Positions 54,790-58,310 of a stretch of DNA of 58,310 nt are shown here, one piece after another. Made by a program: the position numbers and the translations under genes. Source of the stretch: Candidatus Saccharimonadota bacterium (lineage in GTDB: Bacteria; Patescibacteriota; Saccharimonadia; Saccharimonadales; UBA4665); assembly GCA_027340655.1 (NCBI GenBank), contig DAHWQR010000003.1, forward strand, positions 1 to 58,310, written 5' to 3'. How positions within the stretch are numbered: the first letter of the stretch is position 1; every line of letters starts with the position of its first letter. The notes beneath the pieces were generated by a model. The model saw only the letters and a list, made by a program, of their open reading frames with translations, was not told the DNA's origin and made no database searches.

Positions 54790-56568
54790 ATGCGTAACCA
54801 AAAGATGCGCCGGGTCATACTCAGGCGCCGTGTGCAAGCTCTTGATCTGTCAAAACAGGCAAGCCGCTCGATTGAGAAAAACCTCTACAGCCGTGTCGGG
54901 CACTTAGTGGCAGTCCGCCGTTTCGTTAGCGTCTGGCTTTTATTTTGGCTATTGCTCGGGCTAGCCAGTGTCTGGCAAATTATTTCTTTGAACCACTATT
55001 TCCAAACCGTTCAACCGGTACCTGGCGGCATCTATAACGAGGGAATCCTTGGCGGGCTGACAAATGTCAACCCAATATATGCTACCGGAGAGGTGGATAC
55101 CAGCCTGTCGCAACTTATTTTTGCCGGTCTTTTGGGATATAACTCCAACAACCAGTTGGTGGACGTTTTGGCTAGCGGCTATAGCGTTGACTCGGCCGGA
55201 ACCTTATACACCGTAACCCTGCGGCCAAACTTGAAATGGCAGGATGGACAGCCACTGACAGCCGCAGATGTTGTTTTTACTATCGATATGATCCAAAACT
55301 CCAACGCCCAGTCACCGCTTTTCTCTAGCTGGCAAGACATTAGTGTCAGCGCCCCGAATCCCCTAACAGTTCAGTTTAAGCTACCGAACCCGCTAGCCTC
55401 ATTTCCCTACAATTTGACTGTAGGCATAATTCCCAAGCACTTGCTAGGCAATGTTGACCCCGCTAACTTGCGCTCGGCCTCCTTTAATACCAATAATCCG
55501 GTTGGCGCCGGCCCCTTTAGCTGGCACGCTCTTGAAGTTAGTGGCAATACGCCCCAAAACGCCATCGAACAAATTGCCCTGCTGCCGTTTAGCCACTACG
55601 TTCTCGGCAAGCCTAAATTAAGCGAATTTATTATGCATGCCTATGCCAGTCAAAACCAACTTTTGGCAGCTTTTCAGTCAGGGCAACTAAACGGTCTGGC
55701 CGGATTAAACAGTGTGCCTAATACGATTAAAACTATGCCCGGGGTCGAAGTTCACAGTTTAATATTGACAGCTGGAAGCTATGTTTTCTTTAAAACGCAA
55801 GGTAGTATTTTAAGTGACTCAAATATTCGCAAGGCTTTGGTTATGGGGTCTGACCCCCAAGCCGTGATCAACAAGCTCGGTTACCAGACGTATCCGGTAA
55901 CCGAACCATTGCTACAGGGGCAATTGGCCTTTAACCCGAAATATGCCGAGGCCACAAATCAGGTAGCCCAGGCTCAGGCCCTACTAAACTCTGATGGTTG
56001 GGTACTAGCTAAAGACGGCTACCGCTACAAAGCCGGGCAACAGCTTAGCTTTAATCTAGTTACTACCGATACCCCTGAGAACCGGCTGGTTGTTGGCATC
56101 CTTGCTAAGCAATGGCGGACGCTAGGAGTGAACTTAATGCCAATCTTCGAAAGCCCGGATACTTATGCAATTAGCTTAGCTGATCATAACTACGACTCCA
56201 CCTTGGATGGGATCTCCATAGGCAACGACCCGGATGTCTTCGTCTACTGGGATAAGTCTCAGTATGATCCGCGCTCCAGCAACCTTAATCTGTCAGAGTA
56301 TGACAGCAATACGGCAAGTATCGCTCTTGAGGATGCCAGGACACGTTTAGACCCCGCTCTAAGAGTAATTAAGTACGAGCCATTTTTGGCCGCCTGGCAG
56401 AAGGACGCGCCGGCTCTCGGCCTTTACCAACCTAGAGAGATATATATTACTAACGGTAACGTCTATGGTCTTGGCAGCGCGCAGATTAATGCCCAGCAAA
56501 ACCGCTTCAATAATGTTACAAACTGGGAAATCTTAACTACCGGCGTAACTGATCCCCGCCAAACTTGA
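54790..56568 (+). CDS. Family-5 (peptide/nickel/OppA-like) ABC substrate-binding protein, TM-anchored
   Basis: An N-terminal basic region and TM anchor are followed by GGIYNEGILG...NVNPIY, LIFAGLLGY, YTVTLRPNLKWQDGQPLTAADVVFT and a conserved W-rich C-terminal lobe. No permease or ATPase genes are adjacent. Confidence 0.8.
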   Translation: MRNQKMRRVILRRRVQALDLSKQASRSIEKNLYSRVGHLVAVRRFVSVWLLFWLLLGLASVWQIISLNHYFQTVQPVPGGIYNEGILGGLTNVNPIYATGEVDTSLSQLIFAGLLGYNSNNQLVDVLASGYSVDSAGTLYTVTLRPNLKWQDGQPLTAADVVFTIDMIQNSNAQSPLFSSWQDISVSAPNPLTVQFKLPNPLASFPYNLTVGIIPKHLLGNVDPANLRSASFNTNNPVGAGPFSWHALEVSGNTPQNAIEQIALLPFSHYVLGKPKLSEFIMHAYASQNQLLAAFQSGQLNGLAGLNSVPNTIKTMPGVEVHSLILTAGSYVFFKTQGSILSDSNIRKALVMGSDPQAVINKLGYQTYPVTEPLLQGQLAFNPKYAEATNQVAQAQALLNSDGWVLAKDGYRYKAGQQLSFNLVTTDTPENRLVVGILAKQWRTLGVNLMPIFESPDTYAISLADHNYDSTLDGISIGNDPDVFVYWDKSQYDPRSSNLNLSEYDSNTASIALEDARTRLDPALRVIKYEPFLAAWQKDAPALGLYQPREIYITNGNVYGLGSAQINAQQNRFNNVTNWEILTTGVTDPRQT

Positions 56569-56573
56569 GCGCG

Positions 56574-56596
56574 TTAGATATTAAGTAAGTGTTACC
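56574..56596. repeat. Left terminal inverted repeat of the IS
   Basis: The core is TTAGATAtTAAGTAAgTGTTACC. Similarity to the right end continues to about 56608. Confidence 0.7.
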
Positions 56597-56624
56597 AAAA
56601 GGTACTGTTTAAGCATGAGCTTTT

Positions 56625-57818
56625 CTAATAGTGGTAACCAAGTTCTCGCTGAGTCCTTTCCAACTTACTTGTTAATATATGGATTTTATCACGTAAAACT
56701 TTAGGATTTAGGCTTTCGTATTGCTCTGTCAGCTTATCTTTAACTGACTTATCAATGTCATTTCTATCCAGCACTCGTTTATACGGTGTTTTTACGCCGT
56801 CATAAACTCTCCGGTAGCTTTTCTGAACCTGTTTTTGGCCATCATCTTTAGTGACAACCTTACGCTTCTCAATTAACTTGAAGGTTGGCTGGAAGAAATT
56901 AATATATAGTCTTAGTGTCGCGTACAGGCCATTCATAGCTTCAACCGCTTCCTTGCAATCATATCTCTCATAGCCGACATATTTACGGACTACGACTAAG
57001 TTACGTTGCTCCACGAAACAGTTGTCGTTTTTCTTGTTAGGCCTAGATCTGCTTGATTCAATACCATTGTCCTCAAACCAGGGCAAGGCCAGTTCGTTAA
57101 TGAACTCGGAGCCGCTATCTGGGTGAACGCCCAGCCATGGGAACGGCAGTCTATCTTTAATAGTCTCCATGCTGGCTAGCGTAGCCCGGCTACTCTTGTT
57201 CAGCTGAGCCACCGGTTCCTGCCAATAAGTAGCAACATCGACATAATTAACCGTGTAGGCCATGGTGCCCATCAGTTTCGGCCCACTATGGACAACAGTA
57301 TCTATCTGGCCGTTACCAGCTGCTTTCTTATCCCAGGAACCAAAGAAGACCGGCACGCTCTTAAGCAATTCACTAGATTTGGTAGTGCTCTGTCCTCTAA
57401 GCAAACCTTTCTTTTTAGCCATAACCGTAGTGCGCTGCTTCATAGCTCCCAGGCTCATATTCCACAGTTGTTCGGTAGCTTCCTCAGAGTAATTCCACAT
57501 CTTATCCCTAATGAAGATCCTAATAGCTTCAGGGATCTCGTCGTGCAATCTCTCAGCGCAGGGATAGTCGTACTGCTCCCAGAGCCAGGCCAGAGCCGCT
57601 TCAGTTTCCCTGGTGTAATATTTCGGCCTACCAAACTTAGGCGGAGCTTTCCACTTAGAGCGTTTTCGCTCACGGGCTAGTGCTCTGATGAGTGATTTCC
57701 TGGGCATCTTAGTAACTGACATGACGTTACATAAAATGGCGCCCTTTTGTTTCTTATCTGCCTTTAGGTAGGCCGGCAGCTGTTCCTTAATTATGGCGTG
57801 TTTCATAGCTCTCTTCAT
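56625..57818 (-). CDS. DDE (rve/integrase-core type) transposase
   Basis: An N-terminal HTH-like region is followed by the catalytic contexts GQIDTVVH (D), GVHPDSGSEFIN (D) and NDNCFVEQRN (E). The IS family is not resolved by eye. Confidence 0.8.
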   Translation of the reverse strand: MKRAMKHAIIKEQLPAYLKADKKQKGAILCNVMSVTKMPRKSLIRALARERKRSKWKAPPKFGRPKYYTRETEAALAWLWEQYDYPCAERLHDEIPEAIRIFIRDKMWNYSEEATEQLWNMSLGAMKQRTTVMAKKKGLLRGQSTTKSSELLKSVPVFFGSWDKKAAGNGQIDTVVHSGPKLMGTMAYTVNYVDVATYWQEPVAQLNKSSRATLASMETIKDRLPFPWLGVHPDSGSEFINELALPWFEDNGIESSRSRPNKKNDNCFVEQRNLVVVRKYVGYERYDCKEAVEAMNGLYATLRLYINFFQPTFKLIEKRKVVTKDDGQKQVQKSYRRVYDGVKTPYKRVLDRNDIDKSVKDKLTEQYESLNPKVLRDKIHILTSKLERTQRELGYHY

Positions 57819-57829
57819 AGTGAGAATTA

Positions 57830-57852
57830 CGGTAACACTATTAGTATCTAAC
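57830..57852. repeat. Internal second copy of the IS end sequence (subterminal repeat)
   Basis: The reverse complement GTTAGATACTAATAGTGTTACC matches the left end GTTAGATATTAAGTAAGTGTTACC apart from one mismatch and a 2-nt gap. It lies between the transposase ATG and the outer right IR. Confidence 0.6.
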
Positions 57853-57864
57853 CGGTACTATTTC

Positions 57865-57886
57865 GGTAACATTACTTTTTATCTAA
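57865..57886. repeat. Right terminal inverted repeat of the IS
   Basis: GGTAACATTACTTTTTATCTAA is the reverse complement of TTAGATAAAAAGTAATGTTACC. Similarity extends inward to about 57852. Confidence 0.7.
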
Positions 57887-57933
57887 TGCGACTATGTTGA
57901 CGAATACCTAACAATGTGTTATATTTGATAGAT

Positions 57934-58310
57934 ATGAAAAGTCCTAATAAATCACCTTCTAGCAAAAACTCATTAAAAACTGCAGTGGCAGTATCAGCTT
58001 TAGCTTTAGCCGGCAGGGGTATTGTAGCCAATGAAGCAAGTGCTGCTACTCGTCCTCAAGCAAATGCAAAGCATGTAGATAAGAAAACACTGTTTAGAGA
58101 CTTAACCAATCTTGTTGTTCGTCTCGATAAGGGCGGTGAGGTTACGGTAACTGCTAAGGAAATCGACATACCTGGCCCAATAGATGAAGCTAAAGGCAGT
58201 CCGATTGTGTTTAAGGCTAATGGTCAAACATATTTTGCCTTTACACAGGATCACACACCCAACTTTAACCAGAAGAGACCAGCAGATGTAGCTCGCGACA
58301 TGGCGGTAGT
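57934..58310 (+). CDS. Secreted hypothetical protein, 5' partial (runs off the window end)
   Basis: The ATG at 57934 opens a frame that continues to the window edge. The N-terminus MKSPNKSPSSKNSLKTAVAVSALALAGRGIVANEASA/ATRP looks like a Sec signal peptide. It is absent from the ORF track because no stop lies in the window. Confidence 0.45.
   Translation, partial: MKSPNKSPSSKNSLKTAVAVSALALAGRGIVANEASAATRPQANAKHVDKKTLFRDLTNLVVRLDKGGEVTVTAKEIDIPGPIDEAKGSPIVFKANGQTYFAFTQDHTPNFNQKRPADVARDMAV

Larger units (their letters stand above)
56574..57886 (-). mobile_element. Insertion sequence (~1.31 kb) with one DDE transposase gene and imperfect terminal inverted repeats
   Basis: The left end is TTAGATATTAAGTAAGTGTTACCAAAAGGTAC (from 56574). 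The reverse complement of the right end is TTAGATAAAAAGTAATGTTACCGAAATAGTAC (to 57886). One 397-aa transposase ORF lies between them. Local GC is about 38-40%, against about 50% for the flanks. Confidence 0.7.

Noticed and set aside
56565-57895. Target-site duplication flanking the IS element
   Set aside because: I compared the flanks (…cttgagcgcg | IS | tgcgactatg…) and found no convincing direct repeat beyond a possible 'gcg' trinucleotide. No TSD is claimed.

Overview
This 58.3-kb window looks like part of a small, streamlined bacterial genome. Coding density is about 90%. Many neighbouring genes overlap by 4 nt (ATGA). Nearly every gene from 8.8 to 56.6 kb is on the + strand. TGA is used as a stop, so the standard code 11 applies. 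The gene content includes truncated housekeeping enzymes, lower glycolysis only, a Gram-positive-style minimal type IV secretion module and many cell-wall hydrolases. By inference only, this suggests a Patescibacteria/CPR organism, most plausibly Saccharibacteria-like.

Contents from left to right:
- 1-3.1 kb: an AT-rich (about 35% GC) accessory segment with a RelE-like toxin fragment, an orphan prepilin-like gene, a two-gene module of unknown function and a GH13 amylase.
- 3.2-9.1 kb: membrane and envelope genes (DUF4396, ExoD-like, HAD, PAP2, DMT-like, SHOCT). One large acidic protein here is split by an A10 homopolymer.
- 9.3-14.3 kb: a translationally coupled T4SS-like cluster with a VirB2-like pilin, a VirB2-VirB6-like fusion, a PrgI/VirB3-like protein, a two-ORF VirB4 and a CHAP hydrolase.
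- 14.4-17.9 kb: pyk-pgk-tpiA.
- 18.6-23.0 kb: pcrA/uvrD, a DUF348/G5 wall protein and rsmA.
- 23.06-23.45 kb: a tmRNA gene absent from the ORF track. It is followed by a sensor-less GGDEF (GGDEL) protein, tRNA-Val(CAC) and a HIT/Nudix pair.
- 25.4-29.5 kb: metG, tatD, two small unknown ORFs and a cysteine desulfurase.
- 29.6-34.5 kb: an F-type ATPase operon b-delta-alpha-gamma-beta-epsilon with no a or c subunit genes and a truncated epsilon.
- 34.6-56.6 kb: mnmA, a short alaS, an FtsA-like gene paired with a 571-aa membrane protein, ruvX, mltG, a LysM-CHAP hydrolase, obg, sbcB, uvrA, rplY, uvrC, an M24 aminopeptidase, secG and an orphan family-5 solute-binding protein.
- 56.57-57.89 kb: an IS element with terminal inverted repeats, followed by a partial secreted protein.

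No CRISPR array or rRNA was seen. The best candidates for new biology are the T4SS-like cluster and its unusual fusions and splits, the tmRNA/GGDEF/tRNA islet, the FtsA-like/571-aa pair and the unknown two-gene modules. All family assignments come from motifs read by eye and need HMM or structure confirmation.
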